Shown: in pieces, positions 8,688 through 16,985 of the stretch
Layout of the letters: each line of letters starts with the position of its first letter
Numbering within the stretch: the first letter of the stretch is position 1
From: an uncultured bacterium
GTDB lineage: Bacteria; Fidelibacterota; Marinisomatia; Marinisomatales; J089
Assembly (NCBI GenBank): GCA_964535735.1
Contig: CAZHTM010000008.1
Location: forward strand, 8,707 to 72,706
Length of the DNA: 64,000 nt
Direction of reading: 5' to 3'
Program-made: the position numbers and the translations under genes
The notes under the pieces: generated by a model
Seen by the model: only the letters and a program-made list of their open reading frames with translations
The model's database searches: none
Told to the model about the DNA's origin: nothing

Positions 8688-10412
8688 ATGGAAAAACAAT
8701 TCAATCCGCAGTTTTCAAGACTAGGCGAAATTCTCGTCTATCATGAGAAAATTTCTGAGAGTCAATTAAATACGGCACTGGCCACCCAAAAGCAGAGCAA
8801 AGAAAAATTGGGTGAAATCCTCATCGCTCAGGGGGTTATCACGGAGGATGATCTAGTTCATGCTTATTCGGCCCAATTAGGGTATCACGCCGTCAAGGAA
8901 GATGATTTGTTTACCGCCGAAGCGTCGGTGGTCCAAATGATACCGGAGGACTTTGCGCGGCAGTATATGGTGCTGGGCTTGAGAAAATCCGATTCCACAA
9001 TATCGGTAGCTATGGAAGACCCGGAGGACCTGGTGGCCATTGATTCCTTGAAACGGCTAACGGGATTGAATCCGGAAGTCAATGTGGCGGGACCTTCAGC
9101 GCTCTTGCGCGCCATGGATCAGATTTATGGTAGGATCAAACAGACTGGAGAGGTGGAAGAAGCACTTCAGGGACTTACCGTCATTACCGGTGATGAAGAC
9201 GATCGTGAGGAAGTGGATCTTTCGCCGGAAAGCGCATCCTCTGATGACGCACCGATTGTCAAACTGGTTAATCTGATTCTGCAAGAAGCCATAAAAGAGC
9301 GCGCCACGGATATTCACATTGAACCACAGCAAAAACATATTGTTGTGCGGATACGAATTGACGGTGTTCTCCAGACCATAATGTCGCCACCAATTTCGTC
9401 CTTAAATGGCCTTACAACCCGTATTAAGATATTATCTAATTTGAATATCGCGGAACGCCGCCTGCCTCAGGATGGTCGTTTCACCATCAAAAGTATTAAT
9501 CGTGAAATCGACGTTCGAGTATCCATTTTGCCTACGGTATTTGGTGAAAAAATCGTGATGCGGTTATTGGATAAGACGGGCTTTGATTTTAATCTGAAAT
9601 CACTGGGATTTGAAGATGATATGTACCGCATCTTTAAACGGGTGATATCTCAGCCCTATGGGATGGTAGTGGTTTCCGGTCCTACGGGATCAGGAAAATC
9701 CACATCGCTCTATGCGGCAATGAAAGAGATTAAAAGTGAGGCTATCAATATTTCTACCGTGGAAGACCCGGTTGAATACCAGTTGGATGGAATTAATCAG
9801 GTTCAGGTGTTTGATGATATTGGATTGACATTCGGAGCAACGCTCCGTTCTATTCTTCGTCAGGACCCGGATGTCCTGCTAATCGGTGAAATCCGCGATG
9901 AGGAAACAGCCGATATTGCGGTAAAATTTTCTCTCACAGGCCATCTGGTATTCACCACTGTGCACGCCAATGATGCGTCATCGACAATTACTCGTTTACT
10001 GGACATTGGTATCAAACCATTTTTAGTAGGGTCCTGCTTAAATCTGGTGATGGCCCAGCGATTGGTGCGGACAATATGTCCTCATTGCAAAGAAGATTAC
10101 GAACCGACCCAGGAAGAACTGGATTTATTTAATCTGGATATATCTCAACTTAAGGACGGTAAACTTTATCGGGGAAGAGGATGTTCCCATTGCAGACGGA
10201 CTGGGTATTTGGGCCGAACGGGTATATTCGAAATGATTCTCATGACACGCAAAATCCGGGCGTTAGTTTTTGATAATGCCAACGAGGATGCGATTCGGGC
10301 TGAAGCGATGAACAGTGGCATGACGACCTTAAGGGAAAGTGGCATTCGCAAAGTACTAAACGGCGTGACCACCATCGAAGAAATTACACGGTCAACGGTG
10401 GAGGACTTCTAG
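8688..10412 (+). CDS. pilB: type IV pilus extension ATPase PilB (GspE family)
   Basis: It has Walker A GPTGSGKST, an Asp box/Walker B region (PDVLLIGEIRD), a tetracysteine CPHC...CSHC and N-terminal tandem MshEN-type motifs. An AAGGA RBS lies 7 nt before the ATG at 8688; the track used the TTG at 8685. Confidence 0.9.
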   Translation: MEKQFNPQFSRLGEILVYHEKISESQLNTALATQKQSKEKLGEILIAQGVITEDDLVHAYSAQLGYHAVKEDDLFTAEASVVQMIPEDFARQYMVLGLRKSDSTISVAMEDPEDLVAIDSLKRLTGLNPEVNVAGPSALLRAMDQIYGRIKQTGEVEEALQGLTVITGDEDDREEVDLSPESASSDDAPIVKLVNLILQEAIKERATDIHIEPQQKHIVVRIRIDGVLQTIMSPPISSLNGLTTRIKILSNLNIAERRLPQDGRFTIKSINREIDVRVSILPTVFGEKIVMRLLDKTGFDFNLKSLGFEDDMYRIFKRVISQPYGMVVVSGPTGSGKSTSLYAAMKEIKSEAINISTVEDPVEYQLDGINQVQVFDDIGLTFGATLRSILRQDPDVLLIGEIRDEETADIAVKFSLTGHLVFTTVHANDASSTITRLLDIGIKPFLVGSCLNLVMAQRLVRTICPHCKEDYEPTQEELDLFNLDISQLKDGKLYRGRGCSHCRRTGYLGRTGIFEMILMTRKIRALVFDNANEDAIRAEAMNSGMTTLRESGIRKVLNGVTTIEEITRSTVEDF

Positions 10413-11659
10413 TGGCCACCTACGCTTACCTAACCAAGGATGCTAATGGGAACCGACATGAGGGTGAAATCCGCGCCGATTCGGTGGATATAGCGGCTCA
10501 AAAACTGTCACAGAATAATCAAATTATCATTAGCCTGAAAGAAGTAGATACCACTTTCGATTTTCTGGGACCGTTTATTGATGAAGTCAGTTTATCGGTT
10601 GAGAAAATTCGGAACCGGATTCCTCTCAGCAATATTGTTTTTTTTACACGACAACTTTCGACCATGTTCAGCGCTGGTTTGACCCTGGAACGAGCGATCA
10701 AAGCGCTGGCTCAGGAAGAAAAACATCCCAAGCTGAAAAAAGTTTTGACGCAGGTCGGCGATAATATTCGTAAAGGGATGTCCTTATCCCAAGCTCTAGA
10801 ACGACATCCCGGAGTATTTAATACCCTTTACATTGCCTTGACTAAAGCAGGGGAAGTCAGTGGTAATCTCGATAAAATCCTAGAGGACTTGGCGACCTAT
10901 CTGGAAAATTTGGAGGATACTCGTCGTAAAGTAAAATCAGCGATGACGTATCCGGTCTTTATGGTCTTTTTTCTAACGGGGATGTTATCTGCTATGTTTT
11001 TATGGATTATTCCCAAATTTTCTGCTGTTTACGCACAATTAGGTGCTGACTTACCCACGGCCACCCAGATGCTAGTCGGGTACAGTCAGTGGATGAGTAT
11101 GCATGCGGGTAAAATATTTCTTACTTTCGTCAGCATTGTCATAGCGATTTGGCTAGTTTCCAAAACCCGTCGAGGAGGGTATTTAATCGATTCGATAAAA
11201 ATAAATTTCCCTATTTTTGGAAATCTTATTGTTCAGTCGATTTTAAATAAGTTCGCCAAAACACTAGGGATTTTGTTGGGCGCCGGAGTTTCTGTTTTGG
11301 AATCCATGAATTTGTTGAAAAAAGTGGTCCAAAACCGAGTGTATGAAAAATCTATCGAAGAAGCCGCGGACTATATCCGCGACGGATTTAATATCAGTAC
11401 CGCACTTCGACGGACCGAAGTATTTCCTTCCATTTTACTTCAGTTGACGACCACCGGTGAAGAAACAGGGGAACTGGATAAGCTATTGGATCATGCGGCA
11501 GATTATTATTACAAACAAGTCAACTCCTTGGTGGATCGCATGACGACTTTAATAGAACCCCTGCTCATATTAGCAGTGGGGGCCGTGATAGCTGTCATGG
11601 TTGTGATTACCTACCTGCCGGTATTTTCTTTGGGCCGTGCGCTACAATCCGGCTTATAG
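10412..11659 (+). CDS. pilC: type IV pilus platform protein PilC (GspF family)
   Basis: 415 aa with a GTG start on a TAGTG overlap with pilB. It has two T2SS-F repeats (FTRQLSTMFSAGLTLERAI; FAKTLGILLGAGVSVLESM) and three TM regions. Confidence 0.9.
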   Translation: MATYAYLTKDANGNRHEGEIRADSVDIAAQKLSQNNQIIISLKEVDTTFDFLGPFIDEVSLSVEKIRNRIPLSNIVFFTRQLSTMFSAGLTLERAIKALAQEEKHPKLKKVLTQVGDNIRKGMSLSQALERHPGVFNTLYIALTKAGEVSGNLDKILEDLATYLENLEDTRRKVKSAMTYPVFMVFFLTGMLSAMFLWIIPKFSAVYAQLGADLPTATQMLVGYSQWMSMHAGKIFLTFVSIVIAIWLVSKTRRGGYLIDSIKINFPIFGNLIVQSILNKFAKTLGILLGAGVSVLESMNLLKKVVQNRVYEKSIEEAADYIRDGFNISTALRRTEVFPSILLQLTTTGEETGELDKLLDHAADYYYKQVNSLVDRMTTLIEPLLILAVGAVIAVMVVITYLPVFSLGRALQSGL

Positions 11660-11756
11660 CAAATTACCGGAGTAGTTTTGCACCAATTTTTCGTACCCGA
11701 AAAGAATAAATTACAGTAAGTTGGCTGCTTGATCATTATTCAAATAAGGCATAGGA

Positions 11757-14700
11757 ATGAATAAAAACCTCATCACATCATTACTGAACCGAGTCGTTAT
11801 TACCGGTATGGTGTTATCACTTGGATTTGGTGGACAAATTGAAACCCAGAATTCCCTGATTCATGTCACCGGACTACGAACCCTTCATTTTGCTATGGAG
11901 ACCGTGGACCAAATCCCGATAACTGAAAATGGAGTGGAATGGACCCGTCTGAGTCTTCCCGGTGGGGGGCTTAATTCACAACCAGGAGAACCGGAATTGC
12001 CCGCCGTCACATCCTGGATTGCCATCGATCCAACCCGACACTATACCCCCGAGATTACGCTGGGTGAGCCAGAGGTTTTGGAAAATATTCATTTACCCAT
12101 TTATCAGGCGGAAGATGATCCCGAACATTTCACCAGTCCCCGAACCACGCAACCGGATCTGGTTACAGTATCAGAACCAGTGGTTATGAGGGATCTTGTT
12201 ATGGTGCAGGTAACGATCACACCTTTCAGGTATCATCCGGAGGAGGCTACCGTAGACGTTTATCATTCAATCGATGTGGAATTAGTGGATGATGGACCTT
12301 CTGATCTCAATACCGTTACTCCACCGCAGTTATCAAAAGCCTTTGAGCCTCTTTATGCTTCTCTTGTAGCTAATTTTGATCGGGATGCATTTTCGGATGA
12401 TTATCAGCAACCGTCCATCCTTTACATCCTACCCAGTAATTTTTCTTCGGTATTGCCGGTTATTGAACCCCTCTTTGAATGGCGGAAACGATCTGGATTT
12501 GTTGTAGACTATGCGTCAGTGAGTGAAATCGGCACCTCGAATACATCTATCAAAAATTATATCCAAAACGCCTATCTTAATGGAGAAAATCCCCCTGAAT
12601 TTGTCGTCCTGGTGGGGGATGCCGCCGGAAGTTTTTCCGTGGCTACCTTTCACGAGACCTGGAGCTGGTACAATGGGGAAGGAGATCAGCCTTATGCAGA
12701 GCTAGTGGGTACGGACCATTTCCCAGAGGTGTTTATTGGCCGATTATCGTTTTCATCTGTTACAGAATTGGCGACGATTGTGAATAAAACCATCCAGTAT
12801 GAATCAAATCCATATATGATCGGTGAAGATTGGTTCAGTCGGGCTTTGTTGGTTGGTGATCCTGCTTCTTCAGGAATTTCTACGATTATCACAAACGAAT
12901 ACATTAAAGAACGGATGGAATTTCATGGAGGGTCGGATATCCGTACAGTGTATTCCGCGCCCTTTGCTTCTCAAATGGTCTCTAACTTAAACGATGGTGT
13001 TGGCTATTTTAATTACCGTGGTTGGCTGGGGGTCAGCGGATTCGGTGCCAGCGATATAAATTCACTCACCAATGGCTTTATGCTTCCCTTTGCCACACCC
13101 ATTACTTGTGGGACCGGCACATTTGGTTCCAGTTACTCGGTAGCGTTAACGGAAGCCCTGATCCGCGCTGGAACACCCTCACAACCGAAAGGTGCCGTTT
13201 GTGCGATTGGAACCGCCACTACGGGTACCCATACGCAATTTAATAATGCGGTTGATATGGGGATTTATTACGGTCTTTTTGATGAAGGAATCAACTTTGC
13301 CGGAGCGGCTTTAGCCCGCGGAAAATTGAATTTGGCTCAGGATTATCCTGCTAATCCCGAAAATTATGTGGATATTTTTACCCATTGGAATAATCTTATG
13401 GGAGATCCGGCCCTTCGGGTTTGGAAACGGTTTCCACAGACGATGACCGTGGACCATTCTTTTGGAATCTCTTTGGGAACCAACTACTTTGATATTGCAG
13501 TACTGGACCAGCACGGCGTTATTGAAGGAGCGTTTGTCACTCTTTGGAAGGATGACGATAATTCATTGTTCAAATCGGCTTACACTGATGAGAATGGACG
13601 TGCCACCATTCCCTTGGATTCCGTAACGGTTGGGAATGTTTTAGTTACGGTCGTCAAACAGGATTACAAACCCTATCAGGGAAGTTTCTCGGTCGTTGCT
13701 CTGGATAAGAACGTCAATATTTTGGCCGACGCGGTTGTGATTGATGATGATTCCACTGGACTGAGTTTCGGGAATGGGGACGGCATCATCAATGGGGGTG
13801 AGCAGGTAGAAATCCATGTTCCCTTTAAAAACTATGGTGTTTTAGCGGATACTGGATTGGTAGCGATCCTCACAAGTACCTCTAGCCAGATCTCGATTAT
13901 CATTGATACCGTGGAAATAGGAATTCTGGATTCCGGTGCTGTTGGATTTTCAGGATTACCGTTTGTAGTATCGGCTAATCCCGGCTTAGATGAAGGCACG
14001 CCGTTAGGATTACGAGTTGAGATTAACGATCAGGATGGAAACTCATGGAGCGGAGATTTACGGCTGGAAGCTGCCGGAAGCCAATTGGAATTATATGAGT
14101 TGACGGTTGTGGACTTCAGCAATCATGTATTGGATCCCGGCGAAACCGTGGGATTGCAGGTAACCCTGTTTAACCATGGGAGTGTCCCCGCGACCGGTGT
14201 AAACGGTGTGCTTATGTGTTCATCTCCCTCAATTAATATTAATGTTGAAAACAGTACTTGGAATGACTTAGGTCCCAATGAACTTGTGAATAATTCTGGT
14301 AATATTTTCTCCCTTACTGCCGATGATGATATTTTGCCAGGGTCAAAATTTCCCTGTTTTTTAGTAGTGACCACCGGAGAAGGGAATTATCATTCTTTCT
14401 ATTTTGAGTTGACCGTTGGAATACCAACAGAAGGTGATCCGTTGGGGCCTGATGAATATGGATATTATATCTACGACAGTGGCGACCAGATGTACAATAG
14501 TGTTCCCAATTATGACTGGATAGAAATTGACAATCGTCTTGGCGGTCCGGGTGAGGACATTATCCTCACAGATACAGGAAATAATCAGGATGATATTAAA
14601 GTGCTTTCACTCCCGTTTCCCTTTACGTTCTATGGAACGGAGTATGACTTGATTACCGTCAGTTCAAACGGGTGGATTGCCATGGGAGAGACCACGTTGA

Positions 14701-15329
14701 AATCTTTCCGCAACTATCCACTGCCCGGTGCGGGCGGACCCAGTCCCATGATTGCCGCATTTTGGGATGACCTTACCACCAGCAATGGGGGCAAGATTTT
14801 CAGCTATTGGGACCAGACCAATCATATATTCATTATAGAGTGGTCAGGGATGCGTACCTATCAACAGAGCAGTGTTGAGGATTTTCAGGTTATTTTACGC
14901 GATCCTAGTTATTTCCTTACCCCAACTGGAGACGGTGAAATCCTGATCCAGTACAAGACGTTTAATAATACATCTTACAATACGGGTAGCGCGACGACAC
15001 ATGGGAATTACTGTACTGTCGGTATTGAAGATCCTTCGGCATTGATTGGACTTCAATATACGTTTAATAACGAATATCCGGCGGCAGCAATGCCATTATC
15101 AAATGAAACTGCACTATTGATAACCACGCGGGGAGGTTCTGTTCGGGTATATGGCGATGTTAATCAGGACGGTGAATTGAATGTTTTTGACTTGTTGTTA
15201 TTGGCCAATTATCTGGATGACGGTGATCCCAGCTATTTGAGTCCCTTTATGGCGGATATCAATAGTGATGGACAGGTGGATTTAATTGACCTGATCGTCA
15301 TGTTCCAAACCATTCTGAATGAGCAATAA
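11757..15329 (+). CDS. gingipain-family (peptidase C25) protein with C-terminal dockerin-like module
   Basis: It has a signal peptide. Blocks are colinear with gingipain RgpB as I recall it: FVVLVGD, YAELVGTDHFPEVFIGRLS, NKTIQYE, NYRGW, FATPITCGTGTF, MGDPALRV. It ends in a tandem Ca-binding dockerin repeat rather than a T9SS CTD. Confidence 0.8.
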   Translation: MNKNLITSLLNRVVITGMVLSLGFGGQIETQNSLIHVTGLRTLHFAMETVDQIPITENGVEWTRLSLPGGGLNSQPGEPELPAVTSWIAIDPTRHYTPEITLGEPEVLENIHLPIYQAEDDPEHFTSPRTTQPDLVTVSEPVVMRDLVMVQVTITPFRYHPEEATVDVYHSIDVELVDDGPSDLNTVTPPQLSKAFEPLYASLVANFDRDAFSDDYQQPSILYILPSNFSSVLPVIEPLFEWRKRSGFVVDYASVSEIGTSNTSIKNYIQNAYLNGENPPEFVVLVGDAAGSFSVATFHETWSWYNGEGDQPYAELVGTDHFPEVFIGRLSFSSVTELATIVNKTIQYESNPYMIGEDWFSRALLVGDPASSGISTIITNEYIKERMEFHGGSDIRTVYSAPFASQMVSNLNDGVGYFNYRGWLGVSGFGASDINSLTNGFMLPFATPITCGTGTFGSSYSVALTEALIRAGTPSQPKGAVCAIGTATTGTHTQFNNAVDMGIYYGLFDEGINFAGAALARGKLNLAQDYPANPENYVDIFTHWNNLMGDPALRVWKRFPQTMTVDHSFGISLGTNYFDIAVLDQHGVIEGAFVTLWKDDDNSLFKSAYTDENGRATIPLDSVTVGNVLVTVVKQDYKPYQGSFSVVALDKNVNILADAVVIDDDSTGLSFGNGDGIINGGEQVEIHVPFKNYGVLADTGLVAILTSTSSQISIIIDTVEIGILDSGAVGFSGLPFVVSANPGLDEGTPLGLRVEINDQDGNSWSGDLRLEAAGSQLELYELTVVDFSNHVLDPGETVGLQVTLFNHGSVPATGVNGVLMCSSPSININVENSTWNDLGPNELVNNSGNIFSLTADDDILPGSKFPCFLVVTTGEGNYHSFYFELTVGIPTEGDPLGPDEYGYYIYDSGDQMYNSVPNYDWIEIDNRLGGPGEDIILTDTGNNQDDIKVLSLPFPFTFYGTEYDLITVSSNGWIAMGETTLKSFRNYPLPGAGGPSPMIAAFWDDLTTSNGGKIFSYWDQTNHIFIIEWSGMRTYQQSSVEDFQVILRDPSYFLTPTGDGEILIQYKTFNNTSYNTGSATTHGNYCTVGIEDPSALIGLQYTFNNEYPAAAMPLSNETALLITTRGGSVRVYGDVNQDGELNVFDLLLLANYLDDGDPSYLSPFMADINSDGQVDLIDLIVMFQTILNEQ
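15147..15326 (+). other. dockerin type I-like duplicated EF-hand module
   Basis: The sequence is VYGDVNQDGELNVFDLLLLANYL...ADINSDGQVDLIDLIVMFQTIL. This gives two D-x-N-x-D-G-x-hydrophobic-x-x-x-D-hydrophobic repeats. Confidence 0.7.
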
Positions 15330-15367
15330 CCTTTCTCATTCAGGGGAGAATGACAGGAAACGGTTGA

Positions 15368-16549
15368 ATGGTATTAACACCTGTCTGGGTTCTGCTGCTG
15401 ATCTGTTTGGTCTTGTGTACCGTAGGATGGCTTGAATACCGGAATCATCAGGCCATATTGGCTTCGATTCCATTACGTATTCACGTTAATGGAACTCGGG
15501 GGAAATCCAGTGTTACCCGCCTCATCGCTGCTGGATTGCGGGCCGGTGGTTTAAAAACATTCGCCAAGGTCACCGGAACAGCTCCACGCGTTATCGATGA
15601 TCAGGGGCGGGATCGGGTGATTCATCGTCTCCGCGGAGCTTCCATTGGTGAACAAATAAGAATTTTACGATATTTTGCGGCAGAAAAACCCGATGCGGTG
15701 GTGATCGAATGCATGGCCGTTCAACCACAATATCAATGGCTCGCCGAACAAAAAATGGTCCGTTCTCATATTGGTGTAATCACCAATTCCCGCCCGGATC
15801 ACCTGGAAGAAATGGGTCCTACTCTGGAAGATGTAACACGGAGTTTGTGTAATACCATTCCTTTTGATGCGCGGTTTTTTACTGCGGAGTTGGAGCAAAA
15901 TACTATCATGGACCGGATCGCGCGAAAGCGGAATACTGAATTCAACCTGGTGCATGAAAACAACTTCGACCATGATGTGTTACAAGAATTCGCCTATGTA
16001 GAACATCCCCAAAATGTGGCCTTGGCGTTGGAGGTGTGTGAGGCAGCCGGTGTTCCGAAGGATAAAGCTTTATCCGGGATGACTAAAGTAAAACCTGATA
16101 TGGGATCCCTTCAGGTTTGGCGGTTAAATATCCGGGAACATCCTTTCCTGTTTGTGAATGGTATGGCAGCCAACGATCCGGTTTCAACCTATCAGATTTG
16201 GAAAATGGTCATCAATCGGTATCCCGTGAATGGGGATTTTTGTATTTTTCTCAATACTCGTGATGATCGTCGGTCTCGTAGTTTCCAGCTTTTGGAAATG
16301 ATTTATGAAAATATCAAACCCCAGCATTTGTTGATCCGTGGAGCGAATCTTGATGGGGCATTAAAACTCATTGAACACTTAGAACCGGGTTTAGTACCTA
16401 TAATATTTGACCACGAAGCGTCTGATGAAGAGGTCATTCAGGCAATTCTTGATATCCCCGATGATTCGCTGATTTACGCTGTTGGGAATCAAGTGGGAGC
16501 TGGTCAGCGCTTTCTGGAATCCTTAAAACCTTACCGAATTCATGACTGA
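15368..16549 (+). CDS. pgsB: poly-gamma-glutamate synthase PgsB/CapB (Mur-ligase-like)
   Basis: The sequence is colinear with B. subtilis PgsB as I recall it: IPLRIHVNGTRGKSSVTRL (P-loop), IGEQ, ECMAV.P.YQ, GVITN...DH...MGPTLE, NGMAANDP, NTRDDR..RS. Confidence 0.85.
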   Translation: MVLTPVWVLLLICLVLCTVGWLEYRNHQAILASIPLRIHVNGTRGKSSVTRLIAAGLRAGGLKTFAKVTGTAPRVIDDQGRDRVIHRLRGASIGEQIRILRYFAAEKPDAVVIECMAVQPQYQWLAEQKMVRSHIGVITNSRPDHLEEMGPTLEDVTRSLCNTIPFDARFFTAELEQNTIMDRIARKRNTEFNLVHENNFDHDVLQEFAYVEHPQNVALALEVCEAAGVPKDKALSGMTKVKPDMGSLQVWRLNIREHPFLFVNGMAANDPVSTYQIWKMVINRYPVNGDFCIFLNTRDDRRSRSFQLLEMIYENIKPQHLLIRGANLDGALKLIEHLEPGLVPIIFDHEASDEEVIQAILDIPDDSLIYAVGNQVGAGQRFLESLKPYRIHD

Positions 16550-16985
16550 AATTACCATTGGACTGGGAATCGCGCTTAGTTTGATCCTCTCGGAAGCATT
16601 AGGGGTCACCGCGGGAGGAATTATTGTACCCGGTTATATCGCTTTATACATGCATCAACCAATTCAAGTAGTCATTACATTACTTGCGGGAATTATCGTT
16701 TTGGGTATAGTGCGATTACTAAGTCGGTTTATGTTTATTTATGGCAAGCGTCGGATGGTGCTATGCATCATTCTGGGCTTTATTCTTGGGTATGTCAGCC
16801 GTAACGTATTGTATTCACCAGTGGATACTGTGTCCTTGGCAGTTATCGGCAACATTATTCCCGGTTTAATCGCCAACTGGATGGATCGGCAAGGAGTAGT
16901 GAAAACGATTTCAGCCATATTGATTACGGCGGTGATTGTGCAATTGACTGTGATGCTAATTTCAGGAGGTGAAATCCTTGTCTGA
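16542..16985 (+). CDS. pgsC: poly-gamma-glutamate synthase membrane subunit PgsC/CapC
   Basis: 147 aa and polytopic. It carries GGIIVPGYIALY, SRFMFIYGKRR and IIPGLIANWMDRQG, matching B. subtilis PgsC blocks. It has an 8-nt ATGACTGA overlap with pgsB. Confidence 0.8.
   Translation: MTEITIGLGIALSLILSEALGVTAGGIIVPGYIALYMHQPIQVVITLLAGIIVLGIVRLLSRFMFIYGKRRMVLCIILGFILGYVSRNVLYSPVDTVSLAVIGNIIPGLIANWMDRQGVVKTISAILITAVIVQLTVMLISGGEILV

Noticed and set aside
11676-11700. Sigma-54-like element (TTTGCACCAATTTTTCG) upstream of the C25/PGA block.
   Set aside because: It lacks the invariant GG of the -24 box, and its -12 region is not TTGC at the right spacing. The sigma-70-like hexamers in the same 97-nt gap (TTACAG-N17-CATTAT) are too weak to report.
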